A stretch of DNA of 64,000 nt from an uncultured Desulfobulbus sp. Its GTDB lineage: Bacteria > Desulfobacterota > Desulfobulbia > Desulfobulbales > Desulfobulbaceae. Each line of letters starts with the position of its first letter. The first letter of the stretch is position 1. The position numbers and the translations under genes are program-made. Where the stretch lies: NCBI GenBank assembly GCA_964545155.1, contig CAZJEX010000012.1, positions 18,270 through 82,269 of the forward strand, read 5' to 3'. The notes below the pieces were generated by a model. The model saw only the letters and a program-made list of their open reading frames with translations, was not told the origin of the DNA and did no database searches. Below, one piece after another: positions 29,490-36,965 of this stretch.

Positions 29490-29966
29490 TCAGGCCGTAA
29501 GGGCAGGGGGTAGAGGCCAGCGTATGCCGGTCAGCAGGGTATAGACCGCCTGATAGATTCGTGGCTCGCTGCTGGCCCTGGGACCGGCGACATTGATGGT
29601 TTCCAGTTGCAGCGTCTGGAGCCAGTGTTCCACCAGGGTGATCGCCTGCCTGTGGTCGATCAGCTCAAAATCGATATGCAAGAACGGGCGGTCGTGCCGG
29701 ATGGCCAGGGCCTCGGTCAGGGCCGAACCTCCGGAAAGGGGACCAAAAGAAAAGATCAGGGTGCCGTCGGCCGCCAGGATATTTTTTTCGGTACGGGCTC
29801 GATACCTGCCGGTATCGAGCTCGTCGAGCATGTACCGCAGGGGCAGGGGGCCGTTTTCGGTTTTTCGGCCTTTGGGGAGCCAGCCTCCATGGGGGAGGTT
29901 CAAGGCGATGGCCGCGTCAAGGGCGGCCAGATCGGCGCCTGTTTGCCCGCCGGAGATGATCTTCAG
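29490..29966 (-). CDS. YpsA / putative-molybdenum-carrier type SLOG-family protein; start apparently non-canonical
   Basis: IISGGQTGADLAALDAAIALNLPHGGWLPKGRKTENG...RTEKNILAADGTLIF..LSGGSALT..INVAGPRAS matches the SLOG/YpsA pattern. The ORF track starts at TTG 29903, but the conserved GGQTG loop lies upstream of that. The 5' end is set here at CTG 29966, with GGAG 5 nt upstream. See findings. Confidence 0.65.
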   Translation of the reverse strand: MKIISGGQTGADLAALDAAIALNLPHGGWLPKGRKTENGPLPLRYMLDELDTGRYRARTEKNILAADGTLIFSFGPLSGGSALTEALAIRHDRPFLHIDFELIDHRQAITLVEHWLQTLQLETINVAGPRASSEPRIYQAVYTLLTGIRWPLPPALTA

Positions 29967-30321
29967 GGGAACTCCACGCTCGAATCCGACGCCGCCTGAG
30001 TGTCGTCAAAGCGGCTGACCCAGGCATGCGTGGCGATGGGGCTGTGGTGGCCAGCGGGCTGAGCGTTTGCTGTCGGGTACCGGTTTTCGGGGGGCATAGA
30101 CTCGATCTTTTTCTGTAGGGGCGGTTGTCTTTCCGCTAGAATAATCCATTGCACCGGGTGGTTCAACCGCGATTGAACCGAAAGCCGATTGCAACAGACG
30201 TGCGGAGGTGTCCGGCCATGGCTTAGGATTGCCTGTTAGACTTTTCGGCTATCTATTTGAAAATTTAACAATTCTTTCAGTGCGGCCGGTGGTGGCTGCT
30301 ATTTTTTTTATGTGCAATTTC

Positions 30322-30351
30322 TTGACAAGCAAGCTGGTCTGTATTTATATG
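30322..30351 (+). promoter_or_regulatory. Candidate sigma70-type promoter upstream of the mepK-like gene
   Basis: TTGACA at 30322-30327 and TATATG at 30346-30351 (18-nt spacer), in an AT-rich patch about 90 nt upstream of ATG 30438. Confidence 0.3.
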
Positions 30352-30437
30352 AGACGCGATTTTGACTGCAACCACACAGCGTGGATGTTTCTTTTAACCG
30401 AACATCAAACTGAATAACCCTTTGAAAAAAGAGGAAA

Positions 30438-31004
30438 ATGGTTACAGAAAATAGTATAGAACCCGTGTCGTCCCGTCGATTTTTTCTTAAAAGAACAACC
30501 CAGATTGCTTTAGGGCTGAGCATTTTGTCCGTACCGGAAATCAGTTGTGCCAAGGTTATGGGAAAACGTTCCCTCTCCTTTTTTCACACCCGCACCCAAC
30601 AGTCACTCGATATCACCTATGCTTGGGGCAAAGTGTACAACCCCAATGCGTTGAAGCAAATCAGCTTTTTTCTGCGTGACTATCAATCCGGGAAAGCCCA
30701 TCCGATCGATCCCAAACTGTTGGATATTCTCTGGACCGTTCAGCAGGAAATGGGTCGCAAAGGGGAGTATGAGGTGCTCTGTGGGTACCGTTCACCCCAA
30801 ACCAACCGGCAACTGGCGCGGAAAAGCTCCGGGGTGGCTGGACATAGCCTGCACATGAAAGGCAAGGCCATCGATATCCGTTTTCCAGGGATCGACACCG
30901 ACCAGATTCACCAGTGCGCCGTGGAAATGAAGAGCGGCGGGGTGGGGTATTACGCCAAATCTGATTTTGTTCATCTCGATTCGGGGGAGTACCGGACCTG
31001 GTAA
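30438..31004 (+). CDS. mepK: Tat-exported DUF882 / peptidase M15A family murein endopeptidase (YcbK/MepK-like)
   Basis: Twin-arginine signal SRRFFLKRT, then YRSPQTN..LA....GVAGHSLHMKGKAIDI and GGVGYY..SDFVHLD, which are zinc-ligand blocks of the YcbK family. Confidence 0.8.
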   Translation: MVTENSIEPVSSRRFFLKRTTQIALGLSILSVPEISCAKVMGKRSLSFFHTRTQQSLDITYAWGKVYNPNALKQISFFLRDYQSGKAHPIDPKLLDILWTVQQEMGRKGEYEVLCGYRSPQTNRQLARKSSGVAGHSLHMKGKAIDIRFPGIDTDQIHQCAVEMKSGGVGYYAKSDFVHLDSGEYRTW

Positions 31005-31145
31005 TTCCGGCAGTCGCGGCATTGTTGCATTGGGTTGTTTTTCCATCACCAACGGATGGTGCTGACCTTCGTTGCGCGGGTGGAGATGGCCAGCATTCGG
31101 CCGAATTCTACACCTGAATACTCCTTTTTGCCCAGCGGTGCATGC

Positions 31146-31340
31146 ATGGAAGACCCTATTGCCGAAGAACTCGTCAATATCATCAAGAGAAATAAAAAAT
31201 CGGAATTTGAGGAGGCTTTTGAGCGTGCCTTTGAGCTGACCAAATCGTATGCCGGTTCAGCCAATGCCCAGGCTTCGACCATTCCTTTTGTTTTTGAAAA
31301 GCTTTTTGAGCTGTTTGTGACCGGTAAAACCAAACCCTGA
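31146..31340 (+). CDS. Small hypothetical protein (64 aa, helical, acidic/lysine-rich)
   Basis: This is the ATG 31146 portion of ORF 31035..31340 (MEDPIAEELVNIIKRNKKSEFEEAFERAFELTK...). There is no obvious SD and no recognisable family. Coding status is uncertain. Confidence 0.3.
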   Translation: MEDPIAEELVNIIKRNKKSEFEEAFERAFELTKSYAGSANAQASTIPFVFEKLFELFVTGKTKP

Positions 31341-31409
31341 CGATTCCCGCAAAGCCTATACCCCAGGCCGCTGGTTGTCCTACAGATTCGGAGGGCCGGG
31401 GCGGTCAAT

Positions 31410-32381
31410 TCACCGCGCCTGTAACTGGCGCTGGATCATCTGCAGGTCGAGCCAGGTCGCCTTTTTCATATCCGGACATCCCAGCAGGAAACGGGGATGA
31501 AAGGTGACCATGATGGGTATGGTATCGGCCCCTTCGTGGCCATATCGATAGCGATGGAACCGACCGCGCAGCCGGGATACCGGCTCGCTGCCCTCCAGTA
31601 CTGATTGCGCCGCCGCTTCGCCCATGGCGCAGATAATTCTCGGCCTGACCAGCTCTATTTCCCGGCGCAGATAGGCTAGGCATCGCTGCGCATGGATTGC
31701 TTCCGGCGGATCGGGGGGCAGGGGGCAGCATTTGACCGTATTGGTCACATAGACATCTTCGGGCGAAAGCCCAATCGCCCGCATCATATTCCACAACAGG
31801 GTGTCTTCCTCCGCACCGAACAGGGTCGTTGCCGAGCATCCAGCGGTCTGGCTGGAATAGTCACCGATGATCAACAGTCGGGCGGTCACGGTGCCGGCGC
31901 CGACTACTTGGCCTTGGCGTGCCGAAGTGAGGTCGCAGAGCCGGCAGGATCGGATATCTTGATGCAGAGCCGCAAATTGTTCCGCGGTTGCCGGCGTGGT
32001 CGGCAAAGGGGCATCTTTCGGACGGACAGGGGGCGGGGTCTGTTGTACCTGTGGGCGAAAGTCGGCCTTGACAGGTGGTTTTTTTACGGACAGGTACTGG
32101 CGCAGGCCCGGCGTCAACGGATAGTCTTTGATGCCCATTTGTTGGTGCAACTGCAGATAGGTTCGGATACCGGCGGCAAGCGCCACCAATGCGGCACGGT
32201 CGGGTCCGGTGGCCTGGCCCTGTTTGGGGGCATCGTTTTTGGCCTTGTCCTCAACTGGCAGCGCGGCCCCCGTGCTTGCCTCGCTCTGCTCGCTTGCTTT
32301 ACCTTGCCCTGGAATCATGCCGGTCCCCTTGCTTGATGGAGGAACGGCAGTCTGCTTCTTGGACATACCGGCGCCGACCAT
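31410..32381 (-). CDS. Uracil-DNA glycosylase superfamily protein (family 4-like Fe-S type) with N-terminal Pro/Ala/Lys-rich extension
   Basis: The C-terminal approximately 190 aa contain CRLCDL, DVYVTNTVKCCP, RCLAYL and the HPRFLL motif B. Motif A reads IIGDYSS instead of GEAPG. The start is uncertain (M1 at 32381 or MSKKQ at 32366). Confidence 0.7.
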   Translation of the reverse strand: MVGAGMSKKQTAVPPSSKGTGMIPGQGKASEQSEASTGAALPVEDKAKNDAPKQGQATGPDRAALVALAAGIRTYLQLHQQMGIKDYPLTPGLRQYLSVKKPPVKADFRPQVQQTPPPVRPKDAPLPTTPATAEQFAALHQDIRSCRLCDLTSARQGQVVGAGTVTARLLIIGDYSSQTAGCSATTLFGAEEDTLLWNMMRAIGLSPEDVYVTNTVKCCPLPPDPPEAIHAQRCLAYLRREIELVRPRIICAMGEAAAQSVLEGSEPVSRLRGRFHRYRYGHEGADTIPIMVTFHPRFLLGCPDMKKATWLDLQMIQRQLQAR

Positions 32382-32393
32382 ACGGTTCGAGCG

Positions 32394-32720
32394 TTATTTT
32401 TTCTTTTTTGGGGGCTCAAATTCATAGACGGTCTCATTTTTTTTCAAAAGGCCATGTTTTTTGCGGGCCACCTCTTCAAGATAGGCATCGTCGGACTTTA
32501 ACCGTTTGATGTCCTCGGTGAGTTCAATATTTTTCGCCTCGAGCTGACTGTTTTCCTGGCTCAAGGTGGCGATTTCTTTTTGCAGTTTTCGATAATGGAA
32601 ATAACCGCGGCCAGGCGCAAATAGAAGCCAAAGCAGCAGGAAAACCCCCGCGATCAGGCCTAGATACCAGAGTATCTTTTTATCCTGCCCGGTTTCCTCC
32701 TGTTTTTTTCGTGTCGCCAT
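32394..32720 (-). CDS. ftsB: Septum formation initiator family protein (FtsB/DivIC-like)
   Basis: The preferred start is MATRKKQ (32720). There is a single TM helix (ILWYLGLIAGVFLLLWLLF) followed by a coiled coil (LQKEIATLSQENSQLEAKNIELTEDIKRLKSDDAYLEEVARK). Confidence 0.65.
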   Translation of the reverse strand: MATRKKQEETGQDKKILWYLGLIAGVFLLLWLLFAPGRGYFHYRKLQKEIATLSQENSQLEAKNIELTEDIKRLKSDDAYLEEVARKKHGLLKKNETVYEFEPPKKKK

Positions 32721-32748
32721 TTTTTTCCCCAACCTCACGCAATCGTCG

Positions 32749-33171
32749 ATGATCATGTCTCAACTACCAAAAAAATGCCTGGTCAGCGCCTGCCTCACCG
32801 GGCTGTGCACCCGATATGACGGCCTAAGCAAGGGCAACCCGTCCTGCCTGCGACAACTCGCCGACTATTTCTGGATTCCGGTCTGTCCCGAGCAACTAGG
32901 CGGGCTGCCCACGCCCCGTCCCGCCGCTGTTTTGGTCAATGGCGATGGCCATGATGTCCTTGCCGGCCGCGCCCAGGTCCGGGACCGGAACGGCCAGGAC
33001 GTCTCTGCAGCGTTTATTCGGGGAGCGGTCATGGTGCTGGCCATCGCTCGGGCGCATGATATTGAGCGCTGCTATCTCAAATCCGGCAGTCCCTCCTGCG
33101 GGCCTTCGCCGTATCCGGGAGTGACCGCTGCCCTGTTGCTTGCCCATGGCTTCGAGGTCGTCAGTTTTTGA
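32749..33171 (+). CDS. DUF523 family protein (TudS/YbbK-like, Cys-rich)
   Basis: VSACLTGLCTRYDG...PVCPEQLGGLPTPRP...SPSCG is the typical DUF523 pattern. Confidence 0.75.
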   Translation: MIMSQLPKKCLVSACLTGLCTRYDGLSKGNPSCLRQLADYFWIPVCPEQLGGLPTPRPAAVLVNGDGHDVLAGRAQVRDRNGQDVSAAFIRGAVMVLAIARAHDIERCYLKSGSPSCGPSPYPGVTAALLLAHGFEVVSF

Positions 33172-33211
33172 TTTGGCGGGCCCGCTGCGGGGGCAAGGTC
33201 TCTGGCTGTTG

Positions 33212-33952
33212 CTATGCGTCCCCTGCTCCCAGGTTTTCGGTCGCATCCAATCGCAGTAAACGGATCAGGAGGATGCCGGATTCGTAGAGCAGATATAAGG
33301 GGACGGCCATGAGCGCCATGTTAAAGAGATCCGGGGTCGGGGTGAGGACGGCGGCCAGAATGGCAATAACCAGTAGCGCGTACCGCCGGTGCTTCTCGTA
33401 GGTTTTGCAGGAGACGGCACCCACCTGGGCGCTGAACACCATGAATACCGGCAGCTCAAAGATCAGGCCAAAGGCCAGGATGAACAAGGTGACAAAATGG
33501 ACAAACTGACTGACGGAGATCACCGCTTGCAGATCTTGCGTTTGAAAACTGAGCAGGAATCGGATGCCAAAGGGCAGGGTCACCAGATAACAGAATAGAG
33601 TGCCGCCGTAAAAAAGGAAGCAGGTGGCAAAAACAAACCAGAAGAGCTTTTTACCGGTAACGTCAAAGGGTTTGCCGATAGCCTTCCATAAAACGTACAT
33701 GCAAAAGGGCATAAGCACATACAGGGCAGCGAAGAACGCCAGGGTGACATGTGCAAGGAAAGGCCCGGCCACGGAAAAGAAATAAAGTTGTTCGCCCAGA
33801 TGCGCTTGCATGGTTGCGAGCAGTTGGCCGGATAAAAAAAAGAGCCCCAGGGTCGTGGTAACCAAAGTGAGTCCTAGCGACTTCACTGAACTGCGAAGTT
33901 CCAATAAAAAGATGAAAAAAGATTTTCCCAGTTCAGCCATAAGCGTGGTCAT
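33212..33952 (-). CDS. tatC: Twin-arginine translocase subunit TatC
   Basis: Six hydrophobic segments with LELRSSV near the N-terminus, then LPFGIRFLLSF and TPTPDLFNMALMAVPLYLLYE. The start is M at 33952 or 33940; the ORF track extends to 34006. Confidence 0.85.
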   Translation of the reverse strand: MTTLMAELGKSFFIFLLELRSSVKSLGLTLVTTTLGLFFLSGQLLATMQAHLGEQLYFFSVAGPFLAHVTLAFFAALYVLMPFCMYVLWKAIGKPFDVTGKKLFWFVFATCFLFYGGTLFCYLVTLPFGIRFLLSFQTQDLQAVISVSQFVHFVTLFILAFGLIFELPVFMVFSAQVGAVSCKTYEKHRRYALLVIAILAAVLTPTPDLFNMALMAVPLYLLYESGILLIRLLRLDATENLGAGDA

Positions 33953-34151
33953 TACCAACAATAATAAAAATTTGATCTGGTTCCGGCGGCAGGGAAAAAG
34001 TAGCAAAACAGTCGGGTAAAAGCAAATGAATACCCGTTGCGTTTCCAGGGGGGCCGTGATAAAAGCCTGTTAAACTGGTGTGCGTCCGGCATGCGTCCAG
34101 TGTGTCAGAATACTACCTTCTCAATACTTCTCCTAACCAAATAGCAAAGTC

Positions 34152-35423
34152 ATGCTTGAATTACGCTTTGTCAGGGAAAACCTGGAACTGGTTCGCCAAA
34201 AATGTCTCCTCCGTGGGGTCGATCCGCAACTCATCGACCGTTTTTCCGCAACCGACCATCGCCGGCTGGCGCTCCTTGCCGAGGTCGAAACGCTGAAAAA
34301 TCAGCGAAATACGGTTTCGAAAACCATCGCATCGCTGAAGCAGGCCGGAGAGAACGCCACCGCTGAACCCTTGATCCTGGAGATGCGAGCCGTTTCCGAG
34401 CAGATCAAGGGGCTGGATGCCACCCTGGCTGAGATCGAACTTCAGCTGCAGGACAGTATCATGTCCATTCCCAACCTCTGCGACGATTCCGTGCCGCCGG
34501 GGCGGGACGAACAGGATAATGTCGAAATAAAACGATGGGGGCAAATTCCGGATTTTTCCTTTTCGCCGCGGCCGCATTGGGAAGTCGGTGAACAGTTGGG
34601 CATTCTCGACTTCGACACCGCCTCCCGGCTCGCCGGGGCCCGCTTCAGTCTGCTCAAAGGGTTTGGTTCCAGATTGTCGCGGGCTTTGATCAATTTTTTC
34701 CTCGATCTGCATACCCAGCGCCACGGATACACGGAGGTGCTGCCGCCGTTCATGGTTAATTCCAAAGCCATGACCGGTACCGGGCAGTTGCCGAAATTCA
34801 AGGACGAGCTGTTTAAGATCGAAGGCTGGGACTTGTGGCTCATCCCCACCGCCGAGGTTCCGGTGACCAACATCCATGCCGGAATGACCCTGGATGCGGA
34901 CGAACTGCCGCTGAAGTATACCGCCGCCACCCCCTGCTTTCGATCGGAGGCTGGATCGTACGGCAAAGATACCCGGGGGCTCATTCGTCAGCACCAGTTT
35001 GAAAAAGTGGAACTGGTGAAATTTGCCGCTCCGGAAAACTCCCGGGAGGAATTGGAAAGCCTGTTGGCCGATGCCGAGGCCGCGCTGCAGCTTCTGGAGC
35101 TCCCCTACCGGGTGATCACGCTGTGTGCCGGGGATCTCGGTTTTTCAGCGGCAAAAACCTATGACATCGAAGTTTGGCTACCGGGCCAGCATACCTATCG
35201 GGAGATATCGTCCTGTTCCAACTTTTTGGATTTTCAGGCGAGAAGGGCCGGGATCCGGTACCGACCCAAGGGCGAAAAAAAGAGCCGCCTGGTCCACACC
35301 CTCAACGGATCGGGCCTGGCGGTTGGGCGCACCCTGCTGGCCATCCTGGAGAATTACCAGCAGGCGGACGGTACGGTGCGGTTGCCAAAGGTTTTGCAAC
35401 CCTATTTCGAAACTCGTTTTTAA
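34152..35423 (+). CDS. serS: Serine--tRNA ligase
   Basis: [14 protein letters not shown] at the N-terminus, a coiled-coil arm, and class II motifs ([43 protein letters not shown]). Confidence 0.95.
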   Translation: MLELRFVRENLELVRQKCLLRGVDPQLIDRFSATDHRRLALLAEVETLKNQRNTVSKTIASLKQAGENATAEPLILEMRAVSEQIKGLDATLAEIELQLQDSIMSIPNLCDDSVPPGRDEQDNVEIKRWGQIPDFSFSPRPHWEVGEQLGILDFDTASRLAGARFSLLKGFGSRLSRALINFFLDLHTQRHGYTEVLPPFMVNSKAMTGTGQLPKFKDELFKIEGWDLWLIPTAEVPVTNIHAGMTLDADELPLKYTAATPCFRSEAGSYGKDTRGLIRQHQFEKVELVKFAAPENSREELESLLADAEAALQLLELPYRVITLCAGDLGFSAAKTYDIEVWLPGQHTYREISSCSNFLDFQARRAGIRYRPKGEKKSRLVHTLNGSGLAVGRTLLAILENYQQADGTVRLPKVLQPYFETRF

Positions 35424-35429
35424 GAGAAA

Positions 35430-35456
35430 CCGCACCGGGGCCAGGCCCCAGTGCGG
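35430..35456. terminator. Hairpin between convergent serS and ddl
   Basis: CCGCACcGGGG..CCCCaGTGCGG stem. On the minus strand (ddl) it is followed by TTTCTCTTA. There is no U-tract on the plus strand. Confidence 0.45.
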
Positions 35457-35469
35457 GGTTGGGCGCGCG

Positions 35470-36417
35470 TCAGTCCGTCAATCGGCGCGTTTTTTCCAAA
35501 GCCAGCGTAATCAGTCGGTCCAGCAGGGCGCTGAACGGGAGACCGAATTCGGCTGCGGCTTGGGGCAAGAGGCTGGTGGGGGTCATCCCGGGGATGGTGT
35601 TGGTTTCCAATATATAGAGTTCGTCGTCCGCCAGGATCATGTCGGTGCGGCTGTATCCTCGTAATTGCAGGCTGCGATGGGCGGTCATGGCATACTCCTG
35701 GGCCTTCTTCCTGACCTGCTCGCTCACCGGAGCCGGGCAGATTTCCTTGCTGGCTCCCGGTTGGTACTTGGCTTCATAGTCGAAAAATTCGAAACGGCTG
35801 TCGGGAATTATTTCGATCAGCGGCAAGGCCGCCAGTTGGTCGTTGCCGATTACCCCCACCGTTAATTCCCGACCTTTGATGAATTCCTCCACCATGACCT
35901 CACTGTCATGTCGCAGGGCCAATCGTAACGCGGCGGGCAATTGATCGATCTTGCGCACGATGGACATGCCGATGGAGGATCCCTGTCGGACAGGTTTGAC
36001 GACGCAGGGCAATCGAAGGCTGGCGGCAATCCGACCGGTGTCGGTCAAATCTTCCGGTTCCACCATGACCCAGGGCGCCACCGGCAAGCCGCTGAGCTTA
36101 TACATCGTTTTCGCCAGGTTTTTGTCCATTGCCAAGGCGCTGCCCAAAACCCCCGACCCTTGGTAGGGGATACCGAGCAGATCAAGGAATCCCTGGATGG
36201 TTCCGTCTTCGCCATGCACCCCGTGCAAAAGAAGAAAAGCGACATCAATTTGATCGGCAGCTAGCGCTATTTTGGCCAGGTCGGTTGCCGGATCGTACCG
36301 CACAATCTCATATTTTTCCGGGTCCAGCGCCTGCGCCACCCCGATCGCTCCCCTGAGCGACACCTCACGTTCATCTGACGTCCCGCCGGCAATAAGCGCC
36401 AATCGAATTTTAGCCAT
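35470..36417 (-). CDS. ddl: D-alanine--D-alanine ligase
   Basis: IRLALIAGGTSDEREVSL, HGVHGEDGTIQGFLDLLGIPYQGSGV, the ATP-grasp blocks, and the C-terminal LETNTIPGMTPTSLLP. Confidence 0.93.
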   Translation of the reverse strand: MAKIRLALIAGGTSDEREVSLRGAIGVAQALDPEKYEIVRYDPATDLAKIALAADQIDVAFLLLHGVHGEDGTIQGFLDLLGIPYQGSGVLGSALAMDKNLAKTMYKLSGLPVAPWVMVEPEDLTDTGRIAASLRLPCVVKPVRQGSSIGMSIVRKIDQLPAALRLALRHDSEVMVEEFIKGRELTVGVIGNDQLAALPLIEIIPDSRFEFFDYEAKYQPGASKEICPAPVSEQVRKKAQEYAMTAHRSLQLRGYSRTDMILADDELYILETNTIPGMTPTSLLPQAAAEFGLPFSALLDRLITLALEKTRRLTD

Positions 36418-36613
36418 CGTCGACCTCCAGTTGATTGAATACGTTACCCTGTCCGCCCGGTCGGGCAGATGCCGAGCATGTTACCATCGCGGTTCAGAAA
36501 AATAAAAGGAAAAGAGGGGCGGGCACTGGCATCGGTTGACAGCAAACCCAAGCCTGATTTTGAAGCCGAGCAATAGATTCAGAGAATTCTTATCTGTTGA
36601 TCGGTGAATTGCA

Positions 36614-36642
36614 TTGACAAGTCCAGTCGGAGAAGTTATTTT
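36614..36642 (+). promoter_or_regulatory. Candidate sigma70-type promoter for rpsU
   Basis: TTGACA at 36614-36619, a 17-nt spacer, and TATTTT at 36637-36642, about 65 nt upstream of ATG 36706. Confidence 0.3.
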
Positions 36643-36705
36643 TTATGGTTTGCAAAATACTCTTATTAAAGGCTTAGGCCAACCACCAAAGGAAGTGATG
36701 CAATT

Positions 36706-36900
36706 ATGATCGAAGTCGATGTCAGAGGTGACCTTGAATACGCGATCAGGCAGTTGAAGAAGAAACTGCAGATCGACGGTATTAAACGAGAGCTGAAACG
36801 GCGTGAATACTATGAAAAACCTAGTGTTAAAAAACGTCGTAAAGCAGCTGAGGCCCTGCGTAAACTTCGCAAATTCAACCGGGTCAGAAGCCGGTTCTGA
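36706..36900 (+). CDS. rpsU: 30S ribosomal protein S21
   Basis: A 64-aa basic protein, MIEVDVRGDLEYAIRQLKKKLQIDGIKRELKRREYYEKPSVKKRRK. Confidence 0.93.
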   Translation: MIEVDVRGDLEYAIRQLKKKLQIDGIKRELKRREYYEKPSVKKRRKAAEALRKLRKFNRVRSRF

Positions 36901-36905
36901 GTTTG

Positions 36906-36938
36906 AAGCCCTGACGGTGCAACCGTCGGGGCTTTTTT
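36906..36938 (+). terminator. Rho-independent terminator of rpsU
   Basis: A 13-bp stem AAGCCCTGACGGT / ACCGTCGGGGCTT (one G-U pair) with loop GCA, running into TTTTTT. Confidence 0.8.
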
Positions 36939-36965
36939 GTTTATCCTTCTTCTCGTTCGGAAGCA

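Noticed and set aside
30009-30437. tmRNA, RNase P, 6S RNA or a c-di-GMP (GEMM-I) riboswitch in the gene-free interval.
   Set aside because: None of the hallmark sequences could be found on either strand (GGGGCUGAUUCUGGAUUCGAC for tmRNA, GAGGAAAGUCCGGGC for RNase P, ACGCAAAGC...CGGGCC-type GEMM motifs). It is left as an unexplained interval in the findings.
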